Shown here: positions 9,801 to 19,434 of the stretch, piece after piece
Position numbering within the stretch: the stretch's first letter is position 1
Layout of the letters: every line of letters begins with the position of its first letter
Origin: Myxococcota bacterium
GTDB taxonomy: Bacteria > Myxococcota_A > UBA796 > GCA-2862545
Reading direction: 5' to 3'
DNA length: 64,000 nucleotides
Assembly: GCA_039208735.1 (NCBI GenBank)
Contig: JBCCQY010000005.1
Span: forward strand, 57,744-121,743
Made by a program: the position numbers and the translations under genes
Notes under the pieces: model-generated
Databases searched by the model: none
Told to the model about the DNA's origin: nothing
What the model saw: the letters and a program-made list of their open reading frames with translations, nothing else

Positions 9801-11462
9801 GTGGACGGCAGCGAGCTTCCAGCGGGCACGGTGGTCGACCGGTACACCGTGGAAGGAGTGGTCGGATACGGCGGTATGGCGGTCGTTTGGAAGGTTCGCC
9901 ATAACGATTTGGGCAGTCTTCATGCCTTGAAGGTTCTGCAGACCCGCTCGCGGGTGGTCCGGGAACGCCTCGTCCAAGAAGGCCGCTTACAGGCCTCGAT
10001 GCGCCATCCGAACCTCGTCGCCGTGACCGACTTGGTGGTGCTCGACGGCGGAGACCCCGGCCTCATCATGGAGTTGGTGCAGGGGCCTAGCCTTCGGGTC
10101 TTCCTCGACCAAGGTCCATTGACGTTGGAGCAAGCCGATGTCATTGCCGCAGGCATCCTCGCCGGGGTGGCCGAAGCGCATCGCTGTGACCTTGTGCATC
10201 GCGACCTGAAACCTGCGAACATCCTGCTTGAGCCAGGGACCGGAACGTTCGTCCCCAAGGTGGCGGATTTTGGAATCGCCAAGGCATTGGCCAACGATTC
10301 GCTCGACGACGCCTTTCGCACGCGGACGGGGGCCGTCATGGGCACTCCGCACTACATGGCGCCCGAGCAGATCCTCGACTCGAGCAATGTAGGTCCGCAG
10401 GCGGACATTTTCGCGTTGGGGGTGGTGCTCTACGAGTTGGTGACCCACCAGCGTCCTTTTGATGGTGACACCTCGCTCGCCGTGTGCAACGCCGTGACCG
10501 CAGGTCTTTACGAGCCCCCCGAACTGCATGCGCCGGAGCTGCCGCGGTCCATGCAGGAGGCCATCCGGGCCGCGCTATCCGTCGACCCCGAGGAGCGTCC
10601 GGCGTCCGTCGAAGCCTTGACCGACCTCTGGTTTGCCGATCGGCTTCCCCCGCCCTCGAACGCCAAGCCGTTTCCGGGGGTGGAGCGCATCACATCTCGG
10701 CACCAAAGCCGGGGGGCCATCACCTGGGACCCGCCCTCTCCGCCTTCGGTGCCCGCACTTGGGCGGTGGCCCCGTACGCTCGCGTTGCTTGCCGCCGGGC
10801 TCGGATTGGGCGGGTTGGGCATGCTTGGGGTGGGGGTGTACACCGTGTCGCAGCTCCTCGCGGAGCCCGCGGTGGAGGAGCCGCCAGTCGCGGTGGTGGC
10901 GGTGCCCGCGCCCGAACCACTGGCCGTGGTGGAGCCGGCGGGCCCGCCCGCGCTCGCCCCTGAGATCCCAAAGCCCGTCCCCGCGCCGGTTCCCGTGGTG
11001 CTTTCGCCCCCTGAGCCCGAAGGGATGACACTGTCGTTGGTGAGTCGACTGGCGAGACAGGGAGGCGAGGCAGCCTGGCGTCGCCTCGGGACGGCGGTTC
11101 GCGGAGACCCCGACCCCAAAGTGCGGGCCGCAGCCTGGAATGCGGTGCTTCGAGGTTGGAACGACGAGCGTCCTGGGGTCAGCGGGCTTGAAGCCACGCT
11201 GGCCTGGCAGCTGGAACGGGCGCCGCGAAACGCAGCCGTGGCCGCGGCGGTGGCGTTGGGCGACCATGGACGGCGCGCTGAGTCGTTGATTCCCGGTTTG
11301 CGGAGACGGCTGCCTCGTGTACGTTTGGCCACCTTGGACGCCGTCTTGAAGTTGCGCAGGCGGACCCCAGGGTTCAACTGGCGCCCTCACGTGCGGCCGC
11401 TCACCAAGGCGGAGAGCGCTTTGGTGCGGCAGAAGGCGTCGCGGGTGCTCCGCAAGCTGTAG
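9801..11462 (+). CDS. Membrane Ser/Thr protein kinase with C-terminal HEAT-like helices
   Basis: GYGGMAVV, ALK, HRDLKPAN, DFG and GTPHYMAPE; TM helix; Pro-rich linker; DPDPKVRAAA. Confidence 0.9.
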   Translation: MDGSELPAGTVVDRYTVEGVVGYGGMAVVWKVRHNDLGSLHALKVLQTRSRVVRERLVQEGRLQASMRHPNLVAVTDLVVLDGGDPGLIMELVQGPSLRVFLDQGPLTLEQADVIAAGILAGVAEAHRCDLVHRDLKPANILLEPGTGTFVPKVADFGIAKALANDSLDDAFRTRTGAVMGTPHYMAPEQILDSSNVGPQADIFALGVVLYELVTHQRPFDGDTSLAVCNAVTAGLYEPPELHAPELPRSMQEAIRAALSVDPEERPASVEALTDLWFADRLPPPSNAKPFPGVERITSRHQSRGAITWDPPSPPSVPALGRWPRTLALLAAGLGLGGLGMLGVGVYTVSQLLAEPAVEEPPVAVVAVPAPEPLAVVEPAGPPALAPEIPKPVPAPVPVVLSPPEPEGMTLSLVSRLARQGGEAAWRRLGTAVRGDPDPKVRAAAWNAVLRGWNDERPGVSGLEATLAWQLERAPRNAAVAAAVALGDHGRRAESLIPGLRRRLPRVRLATLDAVLKLRRRTPGFNWRPHVRPLTKAESALVRQKASRVLRKL

Positions 11463-12770
11463 TCAACCGATCGCAGGACCGAGCGTGGTGCGGAGGGCCC
11501 GGAATGCCGCACGTTCGAACGCGGTGTCGATGAGGTTGCGCTGCTCCCGTGGATCGGCTTCGAGGTCAAAGGCGCCGACCCACGAGCCGGTGCGGTGGAA
11601 GTAGACCAGCTTGTGCGTTGCGCTGCGAGCGGTCACGAGGCCCATCGATTCCGCGATGCGAGGGGTGATCGCGATGTCCAAGAGGCCTTTCGGGGGGCCG
11701 ACATCCGCGATGGCGCGCAGGGTGTGGACGATATCGATGAGATCGACTGGCTCGGTCACCGTGTGGGGTCGGGTCCCGCCAGGCGGTCGGACCACCAACG
11801 GCACGCGCAGTGCGCCCTCGTAGGGCACCACCTTGCGGGTGAGTCCGTGGTCCCCCAGTAGCTCGCCATGATCGGCGGTCACGATGACCCAGGTGTCGTC
11901 GAGTCGACCGGTGGATCGCAACGCGTCCACCACCTGGCCGATTCCTTGGTCCACGAGGGCGACTTTCGCGAAGTAGGCGGTGCGGAGGGCCCGGCGTTCG
12001 GCGTCGGTGAACCGACGAGGGCGTTGGCGCGAGGGCAGCGGGGAGCCCTCCCCAGCCGGGTCAATGGGCGGCGGAACACACGCGTCATCGGGGTCGCAGC
12101 GAAGGGAAAACGCGCGAGGCGCATCGAACGGCGGATGCGGACCGGGAAAGTTGACCTGCACGTAGAACGGAGTGTCGTCGTCGTGCGCCCGGAGCCAGGC
12201 GGCCGCGGGTCGGGCGCAAAAGGTGTCGAGCTGGTCTTCGGTAGTGAGGCGCCAAGGAGCCCCATCGGATGGGGTCAGCCCGTCACTATGGGCGAGGTAG
12301 TCCCTTCGTCGCAGGGCTTTGTCGGGTTCGCCCGGGCGCGTACTCGCGGAAAGCCAATCCGAATAGGCGCTTTGGACGTGCAGCTGCTGGGCATCGGGGA
12401 GTTCCACCACATCCTGAAATCCCCACGCCTCCAAGAGGGGGCGATGATGGTCGAGGTGGCCGCGTCCGGGGGTGAGGTGGCTCTTGCCGATGAGTGCGGT
12501 GCGGTAGCCAGCCTCGCGAAGGTCGCGAACGTGGCTCGGATGTGCCAGCGGGTCGGGAATCGCATGGTTGGTCGAGTAGCCATGGACGTGGACGGGCTGT
12601 CCTGTCATCAGGGTGACGCGAGCGGGCCGGCAGAGCGGCGCGTTTGTCAGGCACGTCGCGTAGGTGGTGCTTTCGGCTCTGAGGGTCGCCAGATGCGGGG
12701 TAAGTACGGCACTGTGCGTATCGGCACGCCACTGGTCGGCGAAGATGAGTACGATGGAGGGACGACTCAC
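11463..12770 (-). CDS. Sulfatase family protein
   Basis: IVLIFADQ, formylglycine motif CRPAR, GKSH, PGPHPPF and TADHGE. The GTG start overlaps the upstream TGA (GTGA). Confidence 0.85.
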   Translation of the reverse strand: MSRPSIVLIFADQWRADTHSAVLTPHLATLRAESTTYATCLTNAPLCRPARVTLMTGQPVHVHGYSTNHAIPDPLAHPSHVRDLREAGYRTALIGKSHLTPGRGHLDHHRPLLEAWGFQDVVELPDAQQLHVQSAYSDWLSASTRPGEPDKALRRRDYLAHSDGLTPSDGAPWRLTTEDQLDTFCARPAAAWLRAHDDDTPFYVQVNFPGPHPPFDAPRAFSLRCDPDDACVPPPIDPAGEGSPLPSRQRPRRFTDAERRALRTAYFAKVALVDQGIGQVVDALRSTGRLDDTWVIVTADHGELLGDHGLTRKVVPYEGALRVPLVVRPPGGTRPHTVTEPVDLIDIVHTLRAIADVGPPKGLLDIAITPRIAESMGLVTARSATHKLVYFHRTGSWVGAFDLEADPREQRNLIDTAFERAAFRALRTTLGPAIG

Positions 12771-14326
12771 AGGGGCCAGGTGCGATGCAGCCGATGGAGC
12801 GGCATGTTGGGTCCGTGGGGTTCGGGAAGCCGGTCGACGGACGGATGGCCAAATTCGGCGCTGGTAAGACTTTTCCCAAGTTGGGTTTGGAGAAATTTCT
12901 TGGCGGTTTGCTCGTCGAGCTGGTTCGGTGTTTGGTAGCCCTGGCCAGACACCCAAAGTGCCTCAAGGGCAGGGAGGGTATGGCTTTCACCGAACCGAAG
13001 AAGGCTCTGTGAATCGAGTTGGCTGTCGCAAAGCGCGAATCGGCGAAGCGTTGGGATGGGTGGACCCTCCGCCAACAACGACAACAAATCCGAGCTTCGC
13101 GCCCAGCTGAAGTAGGCGTTCACCTGAAGCGAATGAAGCTGTTCGAATGACGGGATCCACTGCGACCAAGTCTCGGTCGTCATGACGACTCGATCGAGGT
13201 TCAAGCGTCGCAGGGTTGAAAGAAAGGGCAAGACGCGAAAGGTAATCGCTGAACGAATCACAGCGATTTGCAAGGTTCGCAGTTGGCGAAGAGCAGGGCT
13301 GTTGGCCAGGCCATTGTCCTGTTCTGGGGTTTCTATCGAATCGAAATCTCCGACCTCCAGCGAGCGGAGTCGGAGGGCCGGTGACGCATCGCGCAAGGGA
13401 ACGAGCGGGGTGGGGTCTTCTCCAGCGCCCACGATCCAGTCCGAAATCCCGAAGATCCCGAGGTGCTCCAAGGCACGCACGTGCGGACTCTGCACGATGG
13501 CTCTCAACCCTGGTCGTTCCATCTGGATGCCGTTCAGCACGAGCCGTTTTAGGCACGCCAGGCCGGGCCACGCCGCGAGGCGCTCCATGGCGGCGGCTCC
13601 CATCGTTGGCGTGTCGCGGCCTTGGCTTTGAAAGTCGCTGAAGGTGTAGGTGGACAGGTCAAGCTCGACGAGGCCTTGGAGGTCCCGTTCGACGAGGACG
13701 TCGATGGCGGCGTCGTCGAGCAGGTTCCAGGGGAGGCAGAGGGCGTCGAGTCGGTCGAGATGCGGAGAGCCGAGCAGAATTCGAAGGTGCTCGGTGCGAA
13801 GATCGCTTGCCGTAAGGGTGAGCCGGCGCACGCTTGCGAGCAGGGGACTGTTCGCAAGCCAGCGCACTTCACGATCGTCGATCACCGTGCCCATGACCGT
13901 CAATTCGTCGATGCGAGGGTCGGCGTGCAAGGTCGGAATCGTGCCCATGCGGGGCCAGGGCAGGGTGACGCCGGTGACCAACGTAGCGTCAAGGGCCTTG
14001 CGGCCGATGTCATGCCACAACTCCGCGTTGCCGAGCCCGATGCGTCGAACGAATCCTCGATCGAATTCGCCCCAAGTGACGTTGGCATCGAGATCGGGAA
14101 GGGCTTCGCGCCACTTTGCTTCTCTGCGTTCCTGCAGGGCGCGCGCTTGCAGTTCGAGGGTGACCTGCTCGGGCGCATCGTCTTCGAGTTGGTGGCGCGC
14201 GATCTGAATGCGGATGAACGCGGCGCGGTCGCTGTCGCCTTGATCGTCGAGCCAGTCCGCATAGACCAGGCGGGCGTGGTCGTCGCCGGGATGAGTGCGA
14301 ATGGCGTCTCGCAATTCCTGGGTCAT
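12767..14326 (-). CDS. TIGR02996 domain plus leucine-rich repeat protein
   Basis: DAIRTHPGDDHARLVYADWLDDQGD..RAAFIRIQ, FDRGF, then LRR-like LxxLxL units (SPLLASVRRLTL, SPHLDRLDALCL). Confidence 0.85.
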   Translation of the reverse strand: MTQELRDAIRTHPGDDHARLVYADWLDDQGDSDRAAFIRIQIARHQLEDDAPEQVTLELQARALQERREAKWREALPDLDANVTWGEFDRGFVRRIGLGNAELWHDIGRKALDATLVTGVTLPWPRMGTIPTLHADPRIDELTVMGTVIDDREVRWLANSPLLASVRRLTLTASDLRTEHLRILLGSPHLDRLDALCLPWNLLDDAAIDVLVERDLQGLVELDLSTYTFSDFQSQGRDTPTMGAAAMERLAAWPGLACLKRLVLNGIQMERPGLRAIVQSPHVRALEHLGIFGISDWIVGAGEDPTPLVPLRDASPALRLRSLEVGDFDSIETPEQDNGLANSPALRQLRTLQIAVIRSAITFRVLPFLSTLRRLNLDRVVMTTETWSQWIPSFEQLHSLQVNAYFSWARSSDLLSLLAEGPPIPTLRRFALCDSQLDSQSLLRFGESHTLPALEALWVSGQGYQTPNQLDEQTAKKFLQTQLGKSLTSAEFGHPSVDRLPEPHGPNMPLHRLHRTWPL

Positions 14327-14441
14327 GGCATCCCACCCGCATGTAGGAATGAATTCCTGCGGAACGTACTTTTTCCCTGCAAGGTTACGACTTGGAGAAA
14401 TCGACACCGCACAGCGATTCGATTGCGACTATAGTGCGCGC

Positions 14442-15194
14442 ATGATGACGTCATGGATTGCGGTTTTGGGGCTCGGTTGTACCGAGCCAGCGCCGGACCT
14501 CGGGCCTACCACCTTGGCGGACCCGACCGTCCCCCAACCTACGGAGCCTCCGGCCCCGACGGATCCGCAGGATCCGACCGAGCCAGGTGACCCGTTCACG
14601 CCGGGTACCGGGGCGGATTGCGAGGGCGAAGAGACGTATCCGCTTGGCGCCGTCGACCCGATGGCGATCGGCCAAGTGCTATCGCCGTACGCGTGGCCAA
14701 ACGCCATCCACAACGGCACCGGAACCGCGGTGGGGCTCGACCTTGCCCTGACGCCCTGCAACCTTGATCCGAACATCGACTGGAGCGCGGCCGACGTCTT
14801 GCTCTTCATGTCGATTCCCTTTTGGTGAGGCACTTGTCGGAACCACGCCGGGGCGGTTGTGGGCATTGAAGACGAGATCGTGGCAGCCGGGGCAGAAATC
14901 ATCTGGATTGACCAGGGGAATGGCGCAACAGCACAAGAGTGCTACGAACGGTTCCAAAACCAAGACAGCACGAAGGGTTGGTGCGTGGGTGACGGCGAGA
15001 CGTTGCCGGTCGCCGGCACCTTCGACAACTCCCCACTCGCGGTGAACCGCGGCTTTGACATCATTGTCGATCGTCGTTCGATGACGATCGTGTGGGACTC
15101 AAGCCACGGGTCGACGGCCGGCAACGACAATCCGTCGGCCCAGGACGTACTCGAGGCGGTCCAGGCCGCAGTGGCCCAGTCGCGGGCGCGCTGA
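14442..15194 (+). CDS. Selenocysteine-containing thioredoxin-fold (redoxin-like) lipoprotein, UxxC motif
   Basis: The track ORFs 14295..14828 and 14859..15194 share a frame. Reading TGA 14826-14828 as Sec gives LLFMSIPFW-U-GTCRNHAG. Lipobox LGLGC; hairpin downstream of the TGA. Confidence 0.8.
14833..14876 (+). promoter_or_regulatory. Putative SECIS element
   Basis: Lower stem CTTGTC/GACGAG; upper stem CCAC-GCC [GGGGC] GGT-T-GTGG. The G-starting loop begins after 21 nt downstream of the TGA. Folded by eye. Confidence 0.55.
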
Positions 15195-15212
15195 ACCGCG
15201 GGTCGCACGGTG

Positions 15213-15890
15213 TCAGCTCGTCTGAACCAAGGTTCTGAGGCGGGCGTTCAGGTCATCCACGACGTCGTGCAGGTGCGCTGAAACGCCGTGCTGGTGCTCG
15301 ACGAACCGATGCCAGCGACCCACAGCGATCTCATCTCGCCAAAACTCGGCTCGCCCTGGACCCGTCCACCATCGCTCCCATCCCACGTCGCGGCGCATGG
15401 CATCGTCGATGGCGCCTGGGGTCACCGCTCCTGCGCGGAGGGTCCACCATACGTCGCCCAGGTCCTTTGCACGCCACGCGCGAGGCCCTCGTTCTACGAC
15501 GACCCCGAGCTTGCGGGCGACCACGGTGCTGAGTGGGCAGCCCCATACGTCGCCGAGCCATTCGATCGCTTCGGGCCACGCAAACGTGAGGTCCACCACA
15601 ACATCTCGCCACGCCCCGTCGATCGGCACCGATGTGGTCACACGCAAGCTGTCGGGCCCCGTGCGGTCGACGCGTAGCTGCGTGGCAAACCCATGGCGCA
15701 CGAGCCGGGACCGCAGCTGCTGTCGAACGAATTCGGCGTCGTTGGGCCACGTGCAGTACAGATCGATGTCGCGGGTCGGGCGTTGCATCTCGGGAAACGC
15801 GCGACGAATCCGCAGGCCGCCGCGAAGGGCAACGACCGGTCCTACGTCCTCGAGCGCGGCGAGAAGGGCACCGAGGTGGCGGTGATCTAT
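15213..15890 (-). CDS. AbiEii/AbiGii-like nucleotidyltransferase (orphan toxin-like, non-canonical or lost start)
   Basis: ALRGG...RPTRDIDL, VVVDL, TVVARKL and RAKDLGD. The nearest plausible start upstream of the motifs is an ATA overlapping the prpE stop, preceded by GAGGGG. Confidence 0.65.
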   Translation of the reverse strand: MDHRHLGALLAALEDVGPVVALRGGLRIRRAFPEMQRPTRDIDLYCTWPNDAEFVRQQLRSRLVRHGFATQLRVDRTGPDSLRVTTSVPIDGAWRDVVVDLTFAWPEAIEWLGDVWGCPLSTVVARKLGVVVERGPRAWRAKDLGDVWWTLRAGAVTPGAIDDAMRRDVGWERWWTGPGRAEFWRDEIAVGRWHRFVEHQHGVSAHLHDVVDDLNARLRTLVQTS

Positions 15891-17767
15891 CGGAGCCCCT
15901 CGATGAGCCGGGCGACCTCGTGCATCACATCTGGGTCCTCGATGGTGGCGGGCATGGACCAAGTCTGACCGTCCGCGATTTGGCGCAGGGTTCCTCGCAA
16001 GATCTTGCCGGATCGCGTCTTGGGGAGACGAGGCACGACGATGGCGTGCTTGAACGCGGCCACCGGCCCTATGGTGGACCGCACTGCGGCGACGGTGTCG
16101 GAAATGACTTGCTCGTGAGGGGTGGTGCAACCCTGATTCACCACGATGAGTCCCCACGGAAGCTGGCCCTTGGTGCCGTCGGTGACGCCAATGACGGCAC
16201 ACTCGGCCACGTCCGCGTGGCTGGCCACGACCTCCTCGAGGGCCCCCGTCGACAACCGGTGCCCTGCGACGTTGATTACATCGTCGGTCCGGGCCATCAC
16301 GAAGACATACCCGTCCTCATCGATGTAGCCTGCGTCGGCGGTGGTATAGAAGCCCGGAAAGCGCGACAAGTAGGCCTGGATGAAGCGCTCGTCTGCTCCC
16401 CAAAGGGTGGGAAGGGCACCGGGAGGCAGAGGCAGCTTCACCACGAGATTTCCGATGTCGCCCCGGGCCACCGGTTCACCCCCGTCATCGAGGACCTGCA
16501 AATCCCAGCCCGGCACCGGCACACTCGCCGATCCGGGCTTCACCGGCAGTGGTTCGATGCCCCGCGGGTTGGTCACGATGGGCCAGCCGGTTTCCGTCTG
16601 CCACCAGTGGTCGATCACGGGGACGCCAAGGTGCTCTTCGGCCCATCGCAACGTCGGCGGATCGCATCGCTCGCCCGCGAGGAAGAGGGTGCGAAGGCTG
16701 GATCGGTCGTAGGATTTCAAGTACTGGCCGGTCGGATCCTGACCCTTGATGGCACGAAAGGCGGTGGGCGCGGTGAACAACACGTTCACCTGATGATCGG
16801 CCACCACTCGCCAGAACGCGCCAGGATCGGGCGTTCCCACCGGTTTGCCTTCGTACATCACGGTGGTGCAGCGTTGCAGGAGCGGGGCGTACACGATGTA
16901 GCTATGCCCGACCACCCAACCGACATCGCTGGCGGCCCAATACACGTCGCCCGGTTGCGTCCCGTAGAGGTTGGCCATCGACCAATGCAAGGCGACGGCA
17001 TGGCCACCGTTGTCACGCACCACCCCTTTCGGCTGACCCGTCGTCCCTGACGTGTAGAGGATGTACAGAGGGTCCGTCGCCTCGACGGGAACGGGAGGAT
17101 GAGGCTTGGCTTCGGCCATGAGGGTGGCCCAATCCTGGTCACGGCCCGGTGCCAAGTCGGCCGACAGTTGCGGCCGCTGGACAACGAGACAGCGAGGCAC
17201 GATGTGAGAGGCGATACGAAGCGCCTCGTCGAGCAGCGGCTTGTAAGGAACGACGCGCTTTGGCTCGAGCCCGCAGGACGCGGTGATGACCAAGGTGGGT
17301 TGGGCATCGTCGATGCGAGCGGCGAGTTGGGCGCTCGCAAAGCCCCCAAACACCACCGAATGGACGGCCCCCAAGCGGGCGCAAGCAAGCATCGCAATGG
17401 CCGCCTCGGGAATCATGGGAAGGTAGATGACGACGCGGTCACCCTTCTGGACGCCAAGGTTGGCCAGGGCGCCGGCACAGCGTGCTACCGCATCGGTGAG
17501 TTCGGCGTAGGTGTAGCGGGTGACGGTGTTGGTCATCGCGCTGTCGTGCACCAACGCGAGTTGGTCGCCGAATCCGGCCTCCACATGACGATCGAGCGCG
17601 TTGGCACAGGTGTTGAGCTTTCCCCCGACAAACCAGCGGGCAGCGGGCGTCCGCGTTCGATCGAGGACCTGATCGAAGGGGTGGATCCAGTCGATTCCTT
17701 TGGCGGCCTCCGCCCAGAAGCCTTCAGGGTCCTGCAACGCGCGGGCGGCCAAATCGGCATAGGTCAT
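15887..17767 (-). CDS. prpE: Propionyl-CoA synthetase (acetate/propionate-CoA ligase)
   Basis: YILYTSGTTGQPKGVVRDNGGH, DHWWQTETG, ARTDDVINVAGHRLS and LPKTRSGKILR. Confidence 0.85.
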   Translation of the reverse strand: MTYADLAARALQDPEGFWAEAAKGIDWIHPFDQVLDRTRTPAARWFVGGKLNTCANALDRHVEAGFGDQLALVHDSAMTNTVTRYTYAELTDAVARCAGALANLGVQKGDRVVIYLPMIPEAAIAMLACARLGAVHSVVFGGFASAQLAARIDDAQPTLVITASCGLEPKRVVPYKPLLDEALRIASHIVPRCLVVQRPQLSADLAPGRDQDWATLMAEAKPHPPVPVEATDPLYILYTSGTTGQPKGVVRDNGGHAVALHWSMANLYGTQPGDVYWAASDVGWVVGHSYIVYAPLLQRCTTVMYEGKPVGTPDPGAFWRVVADHQVNVLFTAPTAFRAIKGQDPTGQYLKSYDRSSLRTLFLAGERCDPPTLRWAEEHLGVPVIDHWWQTETGWPIVTNPRGIEPLPVKPGSASVPVPGWDLQVLDDGGEPVARGDIGNLVVKLPLPPGALPTLWGADERFIQAYLSRFPGFYTTADAGYIDEDGYVFVMARTDDVINVAGHRLSTGALEEVVASHADVAECAVIGVTDGTKGQLPWGLIVVNQGCTTPHEQVISDTVAAVRSTIGPVAAFKHAIVVPRLPKTRSGKILRGTLRQIADGQTWSMPATIEDPDVMHEVARLIEGLR

Positions 17768-17839
17768 CGAAATCCCTCCGAGTGGATTCGACGAGCTTAC
17801 ACGCTACCCGACGCGGTTCGTCTGTCGTACAGTGCTTCC

Positions 17840-18712
17840 ATGGCAGACGGACCGACCTACAAGAACGGTGTGCAGTGGCGGGTTTCGGGGATTCCGAAGC
17901 AGCCGTTTCGAGACCTCTTCCCGCGGTTGATGGGCGCGTCTTGGACGGTCACAATCTTTTGGGCATTTGCGGCTTACGTGGGCACGTGTGTCCTGTTTGC
18001 GGGGCTATTTGCGCTCGAGCCGCACGGGGTAAGGGGTGCCAAGTCCACGGCCGACCTCATGTGGTTCAGCGTCCAGACGTTGTCGACCATCGGCTACGGC
18101 GGCATGACGCCCGCTACGGCATGGGCCAACTTCCTCGTCATTGTGGAGTCGTTCATTGGCCTTGCCGGGGTCGCGGTGGTCACGGCCATTCTCTACGCCA
18201 AGTTCTCGCTGCCGGAAGCCCGGGTTCAATTCAGTGAATGCCTCGCGGTTCACGATTGGCAAGGCGTGCCCACGCTCCACATCCGGATGGTCAACGAACG
18301 GGTCACGCCCATTCTTGATGCGGACATCCACGTGGGTGTGTTGGTCGATGAATCCGAAGAAGGTCGGCGATTTCGTCGACTTCACGACGTGCCTTTGGTC
18401 CGGAGTCGGGTGCCGTTCTTCGCCTTGTCCTTTACGATGATGCACGTCCTGGACGACTCGAGTCCGTTGCGGGTGGCGAAGAACGACCCTGAACGCTTGC
18501 ATTTCATCATCGTTACCGTGCGAGGGGTCGATGGCCGAACCCTTCAACCCGTGTTTACGCGAACGCTGTTCAACAAAGACGACTTGCGGTTTGGCATGGG
18601 GTTCGCGGACATGGTCGACGCCGACCGCGATGGCGTGGCGATTTTGGATATGACGCGCATCAATGCCATGGTTCCCCGCCCCTTCACGAAGTCCACGGAA
18701 CGAGGTTCGTGA
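17840..18712 (+). CDS. Inward-rectifier potassium channel (KirBac-like)
   Basis: Two TM helices around FSVQTLSTIGYG, AKFS.P.ARVQFS, cytoplasmic Kir domain (RMVNER, MHVLDDSSPL). TACAGT lies 6 nt before the ATG. Confidence 0.9.
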   Translation: MADGPTYKNGVQWRVSGIPKQPFRDLFPRLMGASWTVTIFWAFAAYVGTCVLFAGLFALEPHGVRGAKSTADLMWFSVQTLSTIGYGGMTPATAWANFLVIVESFIGLAGVAVVTAILYAKFSLPEARVQFSECLAVHDWQGVPTLHIRMVNERVTPILDADIHVGVLVDESEEGRRFRRLHDVPLVRSRVPFFALSFTMMHVLDDSSPLRVAKNDPERLHFIIVTVRGVDGRTLQPVFTRTLFNKDDLRFGMGFADMVDADRDGVAILDMTRINAMVPRPFTKSTERGS

Positions 18713-19434
18713 TCGGCACCGTGGATGGGCTGCTCTACGCGCTTGTCGGCCTGACCTTGGTGGGCGCGCCGATCTGGAGCCGCCTACGCTCCGAAGAGCG
18801 GGTGGCCAAGCTGGCCGAGGGCGATGGCCCCACCCGACGTCGCATGACGCTTCGCTCTATCGCGATTCAGTGGACGGCCGCTGCGGTTCTGGGGAGCGCG
18901 TGGTTCGCATCTGGCCGTGGTCTAGCACCCCTCCGGCTGGCCTCTTTACCGGAAGGACCGGTGGCGTGGGGCACCGTTGCCGCGACACTGGCCGTCGTGG
19001 GCTTGCTGACCGTATCTTGGTTGCGTGCCATGCGGTCTTCGGCGGCGCTGGCCCACCTGCGTAGCACCGTCGAGCCTGCGGTGTTGGGGCTCATGCCGCG
19101 AACGTCGGCCGACTTCATCCGCTTCGTGGGACTTTCGGTCACCGCTGGACTCTGTGAGGAGTTCGTGTACCGCGGGGTCGCGCTTGCTCTGCTGACCGAA
19201 GGGCTCGGGCTATGGCCGGCCCTCGCCCTCACGACGGTCGCATTTGGGGCAAGCCACGCCTACCAGGGGCCCCGCGGCATGCTCCGCACCGGTGTGGTGG
19301 GACTCGTCTTCGCGGGGATGGTGGTGGTGACGGGCGCGTTGAGCCTGGCCATGGCCGTGCACGCCTGGGTCGACATCGTGCAGGGGCGTCTCCTCGCCGA
19401 GGCCGTCAAGGCCCCTGACGAGGTCGACGACTAG
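18709..19434 (+). CDS. CPBP (CAAX/Abi family) intramembrane glutamic protease
   Basis: GLCEEFVYRG, FGASHAYQG and AVHAWVD. GTGA overlap with the channel gene. Confidence 0.88.
   Translation: MIGTVDGLLYALVGLTLVGAPIWSRLRSEERVAKLAEGDGPTRRRMTLRSIAIQWTAAAVLGSAWFASGRGLAPLRLASLPEGPVAWGTVAATLAVVGLLTVSWLRAMRSSAALAHLRSTVEPAVLGLMPRTSADFIRFVGLSVTAGLCEEFVYRGVALALLTEGLGLWPALALTTVAFGASHAYQGPRGMLRTGVVGLVFAGMVVVTGALSLAMAVHAWVDIVQGRLLAEAVKAPDEVDD

Noticed and set aside
12850..13330. Apparently lower-GC patch inside the LRR gene as a foreign insertion
   Set aside because: The frame is intact and LRR-like, with no flanking repeats or mobility genes. GC was not computed, so it cannot be supported.
17099..17839. 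Long N-terminal extension of the K+ channel ORF
   Set aside because: It overlaps prpE on the opposite strand; channel similarity starts at ATG 17840.
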